A stretch of 64,000 bases of DNA from Bacteroidales bacterium. Its GTDB lineage: Bacteria > Bacteroidota > Bacteroidia > Bacteroidales > F082. This document shows positions 48,109 through 57,827 of the stretch, in pieces (the first letter of the stretch is position 1; every line of letters starts with the position of its first letter). The notes below the pieces were generated by a model that did no database searches, was not told the DNA's origin, and saw only the letters and a program-made list of their open reading frames with translations. The position numbers and the translations under genes were made by a program. The stretch is taken from assembly GCA_018400955.1 (NCBI GenBank), contig JAGYLH010000004.1:3350-67349 (forward strand), read 5' to 3'.

Positions 48109-49496
48109 ATGCATAAAACGGATGTTACCATTATCGGGGCCGGGTTAACCGGTCTTTCACTTGCCTTTTTCCTGCAGGAGAAAGGCATCAGTGTGGTGGT
48201 GGTAGAAAAACAAAACAGGGCAGGTGGTGTAATGCAAACACTTGAACAAGATGGTTTTATATACGAATCAGGGCCTAATACAGGTATCATTGCAAGGGGT
48301 GAGGTGGCGGAGCTTTTCAAGGTATTGGCACCCGATTGCCATATTGAGCTGGCCAATCCACAATCGAAGAACCGGTGGATATTGAAGAAGGGGAAATGGG
48401 AACCAATTCCCGCAGGTTTTATCAAGGCGATAAAAACCCCGTTGTTCTCTTTGCGCGACAAATTTGGGATACTGGGCGAGCCTTTCCGCAAAAGAGGGGA
48501 TAACCCCATGGAAAGCATCGCCGGAATGGTGAAAAGGCGCATGGGCAAATCCTATCTTGATTATGCCGTTGATCCTTTTATATCAGGAATATATGCCGGT
48601 GATCCCGATCAACTTATCACCAAGTATGCCATGCCCAAACTGTATGCCCTGGAGCAGCATTATGGCAGCTTTATAAAGGGTGCTATAAAAAAAAGCAGAG
48701 AAGCGAAAACGCCTGTTGAGATGCAAGCAACAAAGAAGTGTTTGCAGCCAGGGGAGGCTTCAAAAATTTAGTTGCAGCACTTGTAGGCAAATTACCCAAA
48801 CAAAACGCCTATTTTGGAGCATCTACTGCAAATAAAAAAGAAAATAAAGGGTTTACCACTTCATTTGCAACTGCTGATGGCGCCAATTGCCAAATTCAGT
48901 CAGGATTGGGTGGTAAGCACCGCCGGGGAGGCATAGCCTGACGGGCATGTTTGATTTTATTGACGACAAGGAATTGAAGCCCATTTCCGATCTGCGTTAT
49001 GCCAAAGTGGTACAAGTGGTGATGGGTTTTAGCAAATGGAATGGTCCCAAACTGAATGCTTTTGGCGGATTGATACCCAGCAAGGAAAAGCGCAATATTT
49101 TAGGTGTGCTGTTTCCATCCTCCATTTTCGATGGGAGGGCCCCTGAGGGTGGCGCCTTGCTCTCGGTATTTATGGGGGGCATCAAAAAGCCCGAAATTAT
49201 CGAAATGGATGATGCAGCACTCACGGCTATAGCCACAGCCGAATTGGAAGACTTGCTGCAAATAAACCGCTCAGAAATGGCCTTTTAGAAATATTCAGAT
49301 ACCCCATGCCATTCCGCAATATGATGCCACATCGCCTCAGCGCCTCGAGCGCATAGCCAAACTGGAACAGCAATACCCGGGTCTTTTGCTGGCCGGCAAT
49401 ATTCGCAATGGCATTGGTATATCCGACCGCATCGGACAGGCTGTTGATTTGGCGGAGCTGATTGGCCAAAATATAAAAAGCGAACAATTGAAATGA
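48109..49496 (+). pseudogene. hemY: FAD-dependent protoporphyrinogen oxidase, at least 4-5 frame disruptions
   Basis: N-terminus VTIIGAGLTGLSLAFFLQEKG...VVVVEKQNRAGG (dinucleotide fold). Later fragments lie in other frames: VFAARGGFKNLVAAL, DWVVSTAGEA, MFDFIDDKELKPISDLRYAKVVQVVMGF...LLSVFMGG, IPQYDATSPQRLERIAKLEQQYPGLLLAGNIRNGIGISDRI. The stop overlaps the hemH ATG. Confidence 0.75.
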
Positions 49497-50494
49497 AAAA
49501 AGCTGCAATCCTGGCCAATGTTGGCACACCAGATAAACCTGAACCACGGGCTGTTTTTAATTACCTTACCCAGTTTTTGAATGATTATCGCGTGATTGAC
49601 CTGCCGTGGCTGGGCCGCAAAATACTGGTTAACGGCATTATTATCCCATTTCGATTGTTTAACTCAACCAAACTGTACAAAAAGTTGTGGACAGAGAAGG
49701 GCTCACCACTGCTTTACCTCACCGAAAATCTTACCACCAAGCTGGAAAATGAATTGGGTGCAGATTATAAGGTATATACAGGCATGCGGTATGGAAAGCC
49801 CAGCCTGAACAAGGTCATGGAGTCTATTAAAAAAGAAGGCTTTGATCAGGTAATTGTGCTGCCCATGTTTCCCCAATATGCTTCCTCGACAAGTGGCACC
49901 GCCACCGAAAAAATCTTACAAACCATCAGCAACTGGAATGTGATTCCCGACACACGGTTTATCGGGCAATTTTATGATCATCCTGCTTATCTGGATGCTT
50001 TTGTTGAAAAGGCAAAACAGTACGATTTGCAAGCCTACGACCACATTATTTTCTCCTATCATGGCCTGCCCGATACCCATGTTAACAGAATCCATCCCGG
50101 CATCAAGGTAAGCGCATGCAGCTGTGAGAAGCAAATGCCTGAGCATGGGAGGTTTTGCTACAAGGCTACCTGTTTCGAAACGACGCGTTTGTTGGCAAAA
50201 CGCTTAAATGTTCCTGCCGAAAAGCATACTGTTTCGTTCCAGTCGCGCTTATCAAAAAACTGGCTCACGCCTTTTTCTGATAAAGTGGTTGCCGACCTGG
50301 CCAAAGCAGGAAAAAAGAAAGTGCTGGTTTTTGCCCCTTCCTTCGTAACCGATTGCCTGGAAACTGTTATTGAAATAGGGTTTGAGTACGCCGAAATTTT
50401 TCATGAGAACGGAGGCGAAACCTTGCAAATGGCCGATGGGTTGAATGACTCCGATGTGTGGGCCAGGGCATTGAAAAGGATTATTTTGGATTGA
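49493..50494 (+). CDS. hemH: Ferrochelatase
   Basis: 333 aa. VLPMFPQYASSTSG, FSYHGLP, VSFQSRL, APSFVTDCLETVIEIG are ferrochelatase signatures. Confidence 0.9.
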   Translation: MKKAAILANVGTPDKPEPRAVFNYLTQFLNDYRVIDLPWLGRKILVNGIIIPFRLFNSTKLYKKLWTEKGSPLLYLTENLTTKLENELGADYKVYTGMRYGKPSLNKVMESIKKEGFDQVIVLPMFPQYASSTSGTATEKILQTISNWNVIPDTRFIGQFYDHPAYLDAFVEKAKQYDLQAYDHIIFSYHGLPDTHVNRIHPGIKVSACSCEKQMPEHGRFCYKATCFETTRLLAKRLNVPAEKHTVSFQSRLSKNWLTPFSDKVVADLAKAGKKKVLVFAPSFVTDCLETVIEIGFEYAEIFHENGGETLQMADGLNDSDVWARALKRIILD

Positions 50495-50531
50495 GTATTA
50501 CTCGGTTTGTTTAATACTAACTACATGAGTA

Positions 50532-51113
50532 TTAAAAGGTGATCAAACCCTCTAATGGATTCCCTTTTTGAATAGCTTGTCCCTGCAGCATTCGCCAACC
50601 TGCAAACCAGGCAAGTACCGCATCCATGCCGTGAACATCCAAATGGTCCATTTGTATGTTGATACCAATTACTTCTTCCAGTTTAGGCACAATGGATGTC
50701 ACTTCATTTTTATTTGAAGGCTTTGGCAAATCAGGCAATAGCTGCTCATATACTAGCCTGGGGTAGGTTTCGATAAAAACAATTCCCTGAGGCTTGAAAT
50801 GCGCTGCCATACGCATCGCCCTTGCGGTAAGCCCGCCTAAAAACATGGGTGACATGGCAGCAGTTTCACGATCGCAAAGCCTGAAGAAAAAATCTTCCCC
50901 TTTACCAAAATAGGCCAGAGGTAATGACAAAGGGGCGTCAATCAGGATATGGCGTGGTGACAAGTTTTTAATCCAATTGTGGCAAAACAAATCGGCATCA
51001 CAACCCTTTTTTGATTGAATCACCTTCAGCTTATTGTCCAAGATAAAGCATATAGCAGTAGTGCCGGCATTTTTGGCACCAAAGTCTATACCTATAAAAT
51101 CATACTGAGTCAT
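50532..51113 (-). CDS. DUF429-like (RNase H-fold) hypothetical protein
   Basis: The start is most likely MTQYDFIGIDFGAKNAGTTAI (51113). IDAPLSLP and RLCDRE...ETYP resemble DUF429. The assignment is from memory only. Confidence 0.4.
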   Translation of the reverse strand: MTQYDFIGIDFGAKNAGTTAICFILDNKLKVIQSKKGCDADLFCHNWIKNLSPRHILIDAPLSLPLAYFGKGEDFFFRLCDRETAAMSPMFLGGLTARAMRMAAHFKPQGIVFIETYPRLVYEQLLPDLPKPSNKNEVTSIVPKLEEVIGINIQMDHLDVHGMDAVLAWFAGWRMLQGQAIQKGNPLEGLITF

Positions 51114-51744
51114 CAATTTGTTTTGCTGGTGTATCAGGTTTGGCATACGAAAGCCGAAACAATTTGCTGGTGATATGGTAGGCATCCAAACCTGCAACAG
51201 TAAGGCTTCCGGCTTTTTGCAGGTCTATATATCCGTCTTTTGCAATATAATTTGCAGCTAATATCACCTCTACAACCTCTCCTACAACCATTTTGGTATT
51301 GTTTGATTTTATCTCCAAGGTTTCGCGCCATTCCAAACCAACCCTTATCGTTGATTCATCCACATAAGGAGCCATGATGGTATTGCTAAAATGGGGTGTT
51401 AAACCAACAGCCTCAAATTCAGAAACAGATTCCGGGTAGCGTGCTGCTGTCTGGTGGGCCTTTTTAACAATATCTTTATGCACATGGTTTAGTGTAAAAC
51501 ATTTGGTGTCCAGTATATTCGTGAGGGTATGCCTGGGCACTGAAGCAGGGCGTAGAACGATTCCCATCAGGGAAGGGTTGGCTCCTAAATGCACGATATT
51601 GGCAAAAATGGCCAAATTATTTTGTCCTTGGGAAGAGATAGTACCTACCAGGTTCAGGCTTTTAAATCCACTTAAGGTATTGAAGAATAGAGTACGGAAG
51701 TTCTTTTCCATCCGCTCAAAGTCGGGAGCTTTAAAGTGTAACAT
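51100..51744 (-). CDS. Flavin reductase-like (FMN-binding split-barrel) protein
   Basis: 214 aa. SGFKSLNLVGTISSQGQNNLAIFANIVHLGANP and the overall pattern resemble flavin reductase-domain proteins. Overlaps the downstream gene by 14 nt. Confidence 0.55.
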   Translation of the reverse strand: MLHFKAPDFERMEKNFRTLFFNTLSGFKSLNLVGTISSQGQNNLAIFANIVHLGANPSLMGIVLRPASVPRHTLTNILDTKCFTLNHVHKDIVKKAHQTAARYPESVSEFEAVGLTPHFSNTIMAPYVDESTIRVGLEWRETLEIKSNNTKMVVGEVVEVILAANYIAKDGYIDLQKAGSLTVAGLDAYHITSKLFRLSYAKPDTPAKQIDDSV

Positions 51745-51796
51745 GTTCCTAAGGTGTTAGATGTTGACTAAACAAACGATGTGGAAGAGTGTTTAA

Positions 51797-51830
51797 CAAA
51801 AAACCCGGCCACAATTGTGCACCGGGTTTA
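51797..51830 (-). terminator. Rho-independent terminator after the ferritin gene
   Basis: On the minus strand: aaacccgg-tgcacaattgtggc-ccgggttt followed by a T-run. It starts 21 nt after the ferritin stop. Confidence 0.6.
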
Positions 51831-51850
51831 ATCTTTAAAAAAGAAGCCGC

Positions 51851-52360
51851 TTACGCAATTGGTGCAGCATTGGCTGTCATGGTGTCCAGTTCTTTATCGA
51901 TATGGAACATGCCGGCTTTGTCTTTACCAACCAGGCTTATTTTGTCGAGGATGGTACTCATGGTACTTTCTTCCTCAATTTGCTCATTGATATACCATTG
52001 CAGGAAGTTACCTGTGGTGTAGTCCTTTTCTTTCAGTGTAATTTCATAAATATCATTGATGGAGGCAGTTATGTATTGCTCATGTTTCATCACCTCTTCA
52101 AACACTTCAAGCAATGAGTTGTAATCGGCATTTGGTAATTCCAGGGGTTTCAGCATGGCTTTTCCGCCGCGGTCGTTGATATAATGAACTAGTTTGAGCT
52201 GGTGCATACGCTCCTCGTCAGCTTGCCTGTAAAGGAATGCGGCAGCACCGGGATAACCGTTTACTTCGCACCAGATAGCCATAGATAGATAGATACGTGA
52301 AGAATGTTCTTCGCGCATAATTTGATCGTTCAAAGCTGTTTCAATTGCTGATTTTATCAT
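51851..52360 (-). CDS. ftnA: Non-haem ferritin
   Basis: 169 aa four-helix pattern with ferroxidase-centre residues in MREEHSSRIYLSMA, ADEERMHQLKL and YINEQIEEES. Confidence 0.85.
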   Translation of the reverse strand: MIKSAIETALNDQIMREEHSSRIYLSMAIWCEVNGYPGAAAFLYRQADEERMHQLKLVHYINDRGGKAMLKPLELPNADYNSLLEVFEEVMKHEQYITASINDIYEITLKEKDYTTGNFLQWYINEQIEEESTMSTILDKISLVGKDKAGMFHIDKELDTMTANAAPIA

Positions 52361-52449
52361 GGTTTTATTTTTTTCAGGTTAAACAATAGATTTCAAAGAT
52401 AACAATTTCAAACCGTTAATGGTTCACCAGTAGAGAGGTTTAATAATAA

Positions 52450-53334
52450 TTAACCATCCAGGGCATTGGCACCACCCACAATTTCAAGAATTTCTTTGGT
52501 GATGGAAGCTTGCCGCGCTTTGTTGTAGCTCAGCTTAAGCGCCTTAATCAAATCTGTGGCATTGTCAGTGGCTTTGTGCATGGCAATCATGCGCGCGCCG
52601 TGTTCCGAGGCAAAGCTATCGAGCAATACCTTATAAACCTGTGTTTTAAGTGATTTTGGAATCAATTCATCCAGGATTTGTTCCTGGCCGGGTTCATAAA
52701 TATAATCTGTTGCATTCCAATGGTCTTCAGCATCAGTTACGGGCAGATCGATGGGTAAAAACTGTTCGTTGATAAGTATTTGGGTGCCTGCATTTTTAAA
52801 CTGGTTGTAAACAAAGATGACTCGGTCAAATTCTGCCGCTTCAAACCGATCCATCAGCTCTTGGGCAATAGGCACTACATTATTAAAGGTCAGCTGATTA
52901 AAAACTTCAGAATTAGAGCCAGTTACCGGATATTTGCGGTAACGGAAAAACTCATCAGCTTTTTTTCCAATACAATACAGCTTGAGGTTACCGGCCTCAA
53001 ACTGGGCCTGGTATTCTTCATTGATCAGCTTAACTGTTGCACGGATTACGCTGGCATTAAAAGCCCCGCAAAGTCCTCTGTTGGAGGTAACGGGTATCAG
53101 CAGGATTTTTTCGGCCGGCCTGAGGGTGCTGTATTTGCTTTCGGCTGTAGTTTCGAGGGTAGCCGTGATATTTTGCATCAGCTCCTGCAGCTTGGCAGCG
53201 TAAGGGCGCATGGTAAGTATGGAATTCTGTGCCCTACGCAGCTTGGATGCCGACACCATTTTCATGGCGCTGGTAATCTGCTTGGTAGAGTTTACCGAAT
53301 CAATCCTTGTACGTACTTCTTTTAAACTTGGCAT
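52450..53334 (-). CDS. atpG: F-type ATP synthase gamma subunit
   Basis: MPSLKEVRTRIDSVNSTKQITSAMKMVSASKLRRAQ ... ITKEILEIVGGANAL are canonical gamma-subunit termini. Confidence 0.92.
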   Translation of the reverse strand: MPSLKEVRTRIDSVNSTKQITSAMKMVSASKLRRAQNSILTMRPYAAKLQELMQNITATLETTAESKYSTLRPAEKILLIPVTSNRGLCGAFNASVIRATVKLINEEYQAQFEAGNLKLYCIGKKADEFFRYRKYPVTGSNSEVFNQLTFNNVVPIAQELMDRFEAAEFDRVIFVYNQFKNAGTQILINEQFLPIDLPVTDAEDHWNATDYIYEPGQEQILDELIPKSLKTQVYKVLLDSFASEHGARMIAMHKATDNATDLIKALKLSYNKARQASITKEILEIVGGANALDG

Positions 53335-53365
53335 CCCTTTAATAAGGTTTTAAAACGACAGTGTT

Positions 53366-54949
53366 CTATTTTTCGTAATGGCTGACAGCAACTTTGGCAA
53401 TCTTGGTAAGGGTTTCCGCAATTTCGTCAGTAAATTTCCCTGATTTGATATCTTTCAGCAGATCGGCATGTTTTTCTTCCAACTGGTGAAGGAAATCTTC
53501 CTGAAAATCAGCTATTCTGTTTACAGGCACTTTCCTGAGCAGTCCTTTTGTGCCGCAAAACAAAATGGCTACCTGATTTTCAACCGACATGGGTGTATAT
53601 TGCGGCTGTTTGAGGATTTCCACATTGCGCTTGCCTTTTTCCAACACATTCATGGTGGCGGCATCCAGGTCGGAGCCGAATTTGGAAAAGGCTTCCAGTT
53701 CGCGATACTGTGCCTGGTCGAGCTTGAGCGTTCCGGCTACTTTTTTCATCGACTTGATCTGGGCATTTCCACCCACACGCGACACTGAAATACCCACGTT
53801 AATGGCAGGACGAATACCTGAATTGAACAAGTTGGTTTCGAGGAATATCTGACCATCGGTAATGGAAATTACATTGGTGGGGATATAAGCTGAAACGTCA
53901 CCGGCCTGTGTTTCAATAATTGGCAAAGCCGTAAGCGAACCACCACCTTTAACCATGCTGCGGATGCTTTCGGGCAGATCGTTCATATTTTGTGCAATCT
54001 CGTCAGAGTCGATTACTTTGGCAGCACGCTCCAGCAAACGGGAGTGCAAATAAAACACATCACCTGGATAAGCTTCGCGGCCCGGAGGACGGCGCAGCAG
54101 CAGTGATACTTCGCGATAGGCCACGGCTTGTTTTGACAAATCGTCGTAAATAAGCAAGGCAGGCCGTCCTGTATCCCTGAAAAATTCGCCTATGGCAGCT
54201 CCGGCAAAAGGTGCATAAAACTGCATGGCAGCCGGGTCGCTGGCAGTGGCCGTAACAATCACAGTATAGGGCAAGGCACCATTATCTTCAAGTATTTTGA
54301 GGATGTTGGCCACTGTAGAACCCTTTTGACCGATTGCCACATAAACACAATATACCGGCTCGCCTCTTTCGTAAAACTCTTTTTGGTTGATGATGGCGTC
54401 GATGGCAATGGCTGTTTTACCGGTTTGGCGGTCGCCAATAATCAGCTCGCGTTGACCGCGTCCGATAGGAATCATGGCATCGATGGCTTTGATACCAGTT
54501 TGTAGTGGCTCATTAACGGGTTGTCGGAAAATTACGCCCGGTGCTTTACGCTCAAGCGGCATTTCGTAAGTATCGCCTTTGATTTCACCTTTGCCATCGA
54601 TGGGATGACCCAGCGTGTTTATAACACGTCCCAGCATGCCTTCCCCTACTTTTAGGGAGGCGATTCGACCGGTACGTTTAACGATATCACCTTCGTTGAT
54701 GCTGCCGCTATCGCCCAAAAGCACAACACCAACATTGTCTTCTTCCAGGTTGAGCACAATGCCTTGCAGTCCGTTTTTTTCAAAGGTGACCAACTCGCCC
54801 GATTCTGCATTGCCCATGCCATAAATGCGGGCAATTCCATCACCGATTTGCAGCACTGAGCCAACTTCTTCCAAGGAGGCTTCAGTTTCGAAGCCCGAAA
54901 GTTCTTTACGCAGAATTGCTGATACCTCAGCGGGTTTAATAGCTCCCAT
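53366..54949 (-). CDS. atpA: F-type ATP synthase alpha subunit
   Basis: Walker [58 protein letters not shown], 527 aa. Confidence 0.95.
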   Translation of the reverse strand: MGAIKPAEVSAILRKELSGFETEASLEEVGSVLQIGDGIARIYGMGNAESGELVTFEKNGLQGIVLNLEEDNVGVVLLGDSGSINEGDIVKRTGRIASLKVGEGMLGRVINTLGHPIDGKGEIKGDTYEMPLERKAPGVIFRQPVNEPLQTGIKAIDAMIPIGRGQRELIIGDRQTGKTAIAIDAIINQKEFYERGEPVYCVYVAIGQKGSTVANILKILEDNGALPYTVIVTATASDPAAMQFYAPFAGAAIGEFFRDTGRPALLIYDDLSKQAVAYREVSLLLRRPPGREAYPGDVFYLHSRLLERAAKVIDSDEIAQNMNDLPESIRSMVKGGGSLTALPIIETQAGDVSAYIPTNVISITDGQIFLETNLFNSGIRPAINVGISVSRVGGNAQIKSMKKVAGTLKLDQAQYRELEAFSKFGSDLDAATMNVLEKGKRNVEILKQPQYTPMSVENQVAILFCGTKGLLRKVPVNRIADFQEDFLHQLEEKHADLLKDIKSGKFTDEIAETLTKIAKVAVSHYEK

Positions 54950-54967
54950 ATTGGTTTTTCTCTTGTG

Positions 54968-55525
54968 TTAAAATCCTACTTTAAATAAGTTTTTGTCAAA
55001 TTCCTTGCGCAAATTGCTGAGCGATTTCTTTATGCTGGCATCATAAAGGTAATCGTCGAATTTAAGCACAAAGCCCCCAATAATATCCGGGTCAATTTGC
55101 TCTTCAATTTGCAATGTGTTATGTGTTTGCTCCTTAAAACTGCCCATCACCTTGTTTTGTGTTTGCCCGTCAAGTGCTATGGCAGTTGTAATTTCTACAC
55201 GTGTTATATTGTTAAAATCAAGGTAAATCTTGTCGAACTGAATGGCAATTTCCTGAATTTCCTTCTCCCGGTCTTTCCTCACAAGGATATCTAAAAACGT
55301 AAGGGTAAGCTTGTCCACCCGCTCCATAAAAATCTTTCGTAGGATAGATTTTTTTCGAGCGTTTGACACCACAGGACTCACCATAAGGTGTTGCAGCTCT
55401 TTGTTTTCCGACATCACCTGCCCGATCATTTTCATGTTGCTGCCAACTTTGTCGAGCACCTTGTTTTCGTGCGCAAAGGCAAAGAGAGCGTAGGCATACC
55501 GGCGGGCTAAAAGGATGTTTTTCAT
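54968..55525 (-). CDS. atpH: F-type ATP synthase delta (OSCP) subunit
   Basis: 185 aa. N-terminal ARRYAYALFAFA and C-terminal GGFVLKFDDYLYDASIKKSL are typical delta motifs. Its position between atpF and atpA also supports the call. Confidence 0.8.
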   Translation of the reverse strand: MKNILLARRYAYALFAFAHENKVLDKVGSNMKMIGQVMSENKELQHLMVSPVVSNARKKSILRKIFMERVDKLTLTFLDILVRKDREKEIQEIAIQFDKIYLDFNNITRVEITTAIALDGQTQNKVMGSFKEQTHNTLQIEEQIDPDIIGGFVLKFDDYLYDASIKKSLSNLRKEFDKNLFKVGF

Positions 55526-55553
55526 ACTTTTATTTTCAGTTCTTTGCTATAAT

Positions 55554-56048
55554 CTAGTTCAGTTGTGTTTCGCTTATCAACTTGTTCACAAAGTCTTTTT
55601 GTGCTTTTGCATCCGACATTTTTTCGCGCAGGATTTTCTCTGCAATCTGAATGGAGATATCGGCGATTTCATTTTTGATATCGACAATAGCTGCATTTCT
55701 TTCATTTTGAATGCGTTGCTTGGCACTTTCCACAATGCGGTCGGCTTCTTCATTGCCACGGGTACGCGCATCGTCGAGCATTTTTTCACGAATCTTTCGT
55801 GCTTCGTTGATGATGGCCACACGCTCTTCCTTGGCTTCGCGCAACAATTCTTCGTTGTCGAGCTTCAGCTTTTTCATTTCCTCACGTGTAGCTTCAGCAA
55901 GTCGCAGGGCTTCTTCAATGTTTTCTTCCCTTTCGGCTAGTGACTCGGCAATAATGGGCCAGGCAAACTTTTTAAGCACAAAAAGCACCACGCCAAAAGA
56001 CAGCGACATCCAAAAGATCAAACCCAAACCGGGATTTACTAATTCCAT
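55554..56048 (-). CDS. atpF: F-type ATP synthase subunit b
   Basis: One N-terminal TM helix, then a long charged helix (EEALRLAEATREEMKKLKLDNEELLREAKEE...). Operon position supports the call. Confidence 0.8.
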   Translation of the reverse strand: MELVNPGLGLIFWMSLSFGVVLFVLKKFAWPIIAESLAEREENIEEALRLAEATREEMKKLKLDNEELLREAKEERVAIINEARKIREKMLDDARTRGNEEADRIVESAKQRIQNERNAAIVDIKNEIADISIQIAEKILREKMSDAKAQKDFVNKLISETQLN

Positions 56049-56134
56049 ATAATGAATGTTTAATCAGTTACTTTTAAAACGTAAATAACCCGGCCTGCAA
56101 CCAACCGTTGCATGGCCAGGGTTAGATGTTGTTG

Positions 56135-56395
56135 TTACAAGAAAACAATCAGCAGACAAACAACGATTGAGAAGAAGGCCACACCTTCGATAAGGGCTGC
56201 CGACACAATCATGTTGCCACGGATATCAGCGGCAGCCTCGGGCTGACGGGCGATAGATTCCAGTGCGCTGCGACCGATTGTACTGATGCCCATACTTGCA
56301 CCTATTACTGAAACGCTGGCTGCAAAAGCAGCTGCTACTTGGGCAAGAAATGACAGGTCAGTGGCGGCCTGTAACATAATGGTTAATAATTCCAT
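56135..56395 (-). CDS. atpE: F-type ATP synthase subunit c
   Basis: 86 aa hairpin with the loop ARQPE and the carboxylate in SAALIEGVAFF. Confidence 0.88.
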   Translation of the reverse strand: MELLTIMLQAATDLSFLAQVAAAFAASVSVIGASMGISTIGRSALESIARQPEAAADIRGNMIVSAALIEGVAFFSIVVCLLIVFL

Positions 56396-56441
56396 GGTAT
56401 TAAAGTATTTAGGTTAATAAATGGTTTCTTTTATGTTTTGA

Positions 56442-57529
56442 TTAATGATGTTCTTCTTCAACAGCCATACCTAGAAAAATTGCCGACAAAAGGGTGAATA
56501 CGAATGCCTGGATAAATGCTACAAGCAGTTCGAGGAAATTTATAAAAATGGCCAAACCAACAGAAACAACAGATATGGTATAACCGCCAGCAACGCTGTT
56601 CTGTCCAAAAATAAAGATCAAGCTGATAAAACCTAAGATGATAATGTGTCCGGCCGTGATATTGGCAAACAAACGCACCATCAAAACAAAGGCTTGGTAA
56701 AAACACCAACAATTTCAATAATCGGTATCAGAGGTATGGGGATTTTTAACCACCAGGGCATGCCCGGTGTATTAAAAATATGTTTCCAGTAATTTTTATT
56801 GCCATTGATGAAAATAGTCATCAAAGTAAAGCCTGCCAGTACACCTGTTACGCCTAAGTTGCCGGTAACGTTGGCCCCTCCCGGAAATATGGGGATTAGC
56901 CCGATGAGGTTGTTCAGGAAAATGAAAAAGAACAGCGTAAGCAGGTAGGGCAAAAAGCGTCTGTAATGCTTTTCGCCAATCGAATCGCGGGCAATATCGT
57001 CGCGTATGAAAATAATCAGTGGTTCAAACAATGATTGAATGCCTTTGGGTGCTTGTCCTTTTCTGCGCTTATAGGTTTTGGCAATGCTGATAAACAGCCA
57101 CATAATGAAAGCAGAAGTAAGAAAGATTGAAAATACGTTTTTCGTAATCGAAAAATCCAGCGGCCTTACATCTGTTCCATCTTCATCCTTGCGCACAATT
57201 TTTCCTGAATGACTTCCATCTTTGGCAATCTGATACCCTTTGTAAGACGCATAACCATGCTTAAACTTAGAGGACATAAAAAAGTGCCATTCACCTTCGT
57301 CATAAAGTATTACCGGTAAGGGGATGCTGATGTGCAAATCCTTGTAATCGGCAATATGCCAATCGTAGGAATCCACAATATGCGACAGGATTTTTTTCCC
57401 GGCATTGAACTCTTTTTTCTCAGGTTCGCCTTCTTGTTCAGCTGAAATGACCGGATTGCTGAAACAAATCATCAAAAAAAAGAGTAAACTCATCACTGAG
57501 CGCGCCTTTAAGCCTTTGAGGTAAGCCAT
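56442..57529 (-). pseudogene. atpB: F-type ATP synthase subunit a with a single 1-nt frameshift (probable sequencing artefact)
   Basis: ORF 56681..57529 ends ...IEIVGVFTKPLF*. ORF 56442..56684 continues as MVRLFANITAGHIIILGF (the essential Arg motif). Adding one T to the run at 56688-56690 (minus strand) gives ...TKPFVLMVRLFANITAGH in one frame. Confidence 0.85.
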
Positions 57530-57827
57530 TTATGTGCTTGATTCTGGGTTAGAAATTGGCTGCAATTTTACGAAAATCTACTGGAATATGAAAAGCTTTT
57601 TTAACATGAAGTTGTACCACAAAGGCTTCTTGATATATTAGTGTTTGATATCCAACATGATAAACTTGATTATAATATAAAAAAATCGTTTCGTATTTAC
57701 TGATTGAATTACCTAAATAGAGATTTTATTTTTGTGTTTACTATTTAGAACTGAAATAAATTGGCCGGACCCTTTACAATGCCGTCGAATTTTTGTACTT
57801 TCATCACCGATTTTAAAACCTATAGCC

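Noticed and set aside
55711-56052. 113-aa Ser-rich ORF antisense to atpF. Similar long antisense ORFs occur in the permease genes (e.g. 12676..13041, 12717..12986), the SusC gene and the kinases.
   Set aside because: All are fully nested in well-supported genes on the other strand. They have low-complexity or biased composition and no recognisable motifs. They are typical frame shadows in the six-frame track.
29932-56690. The frameshifts might be programmed ribosomal frameshifting or phase-variable homopolymer switches.
   Set aside because: The affected genes are functionally unrelated and include atpB. The shifts are all apparent 1-nt deletions, the runs are short (2-6 nt), and I saw no slippery heptamer plus downstream structure. 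Several genes need multiple shifts. Sequencing error or decay explains them better.
52450-57529. The ATP synthase operon lacks the beta and epsilon subunit genes.
   Set aside because: A split atpBEFHAG / atpDC organisation is the usual arrangement in Bacteroidota. It is not evidence of loss or novelty.
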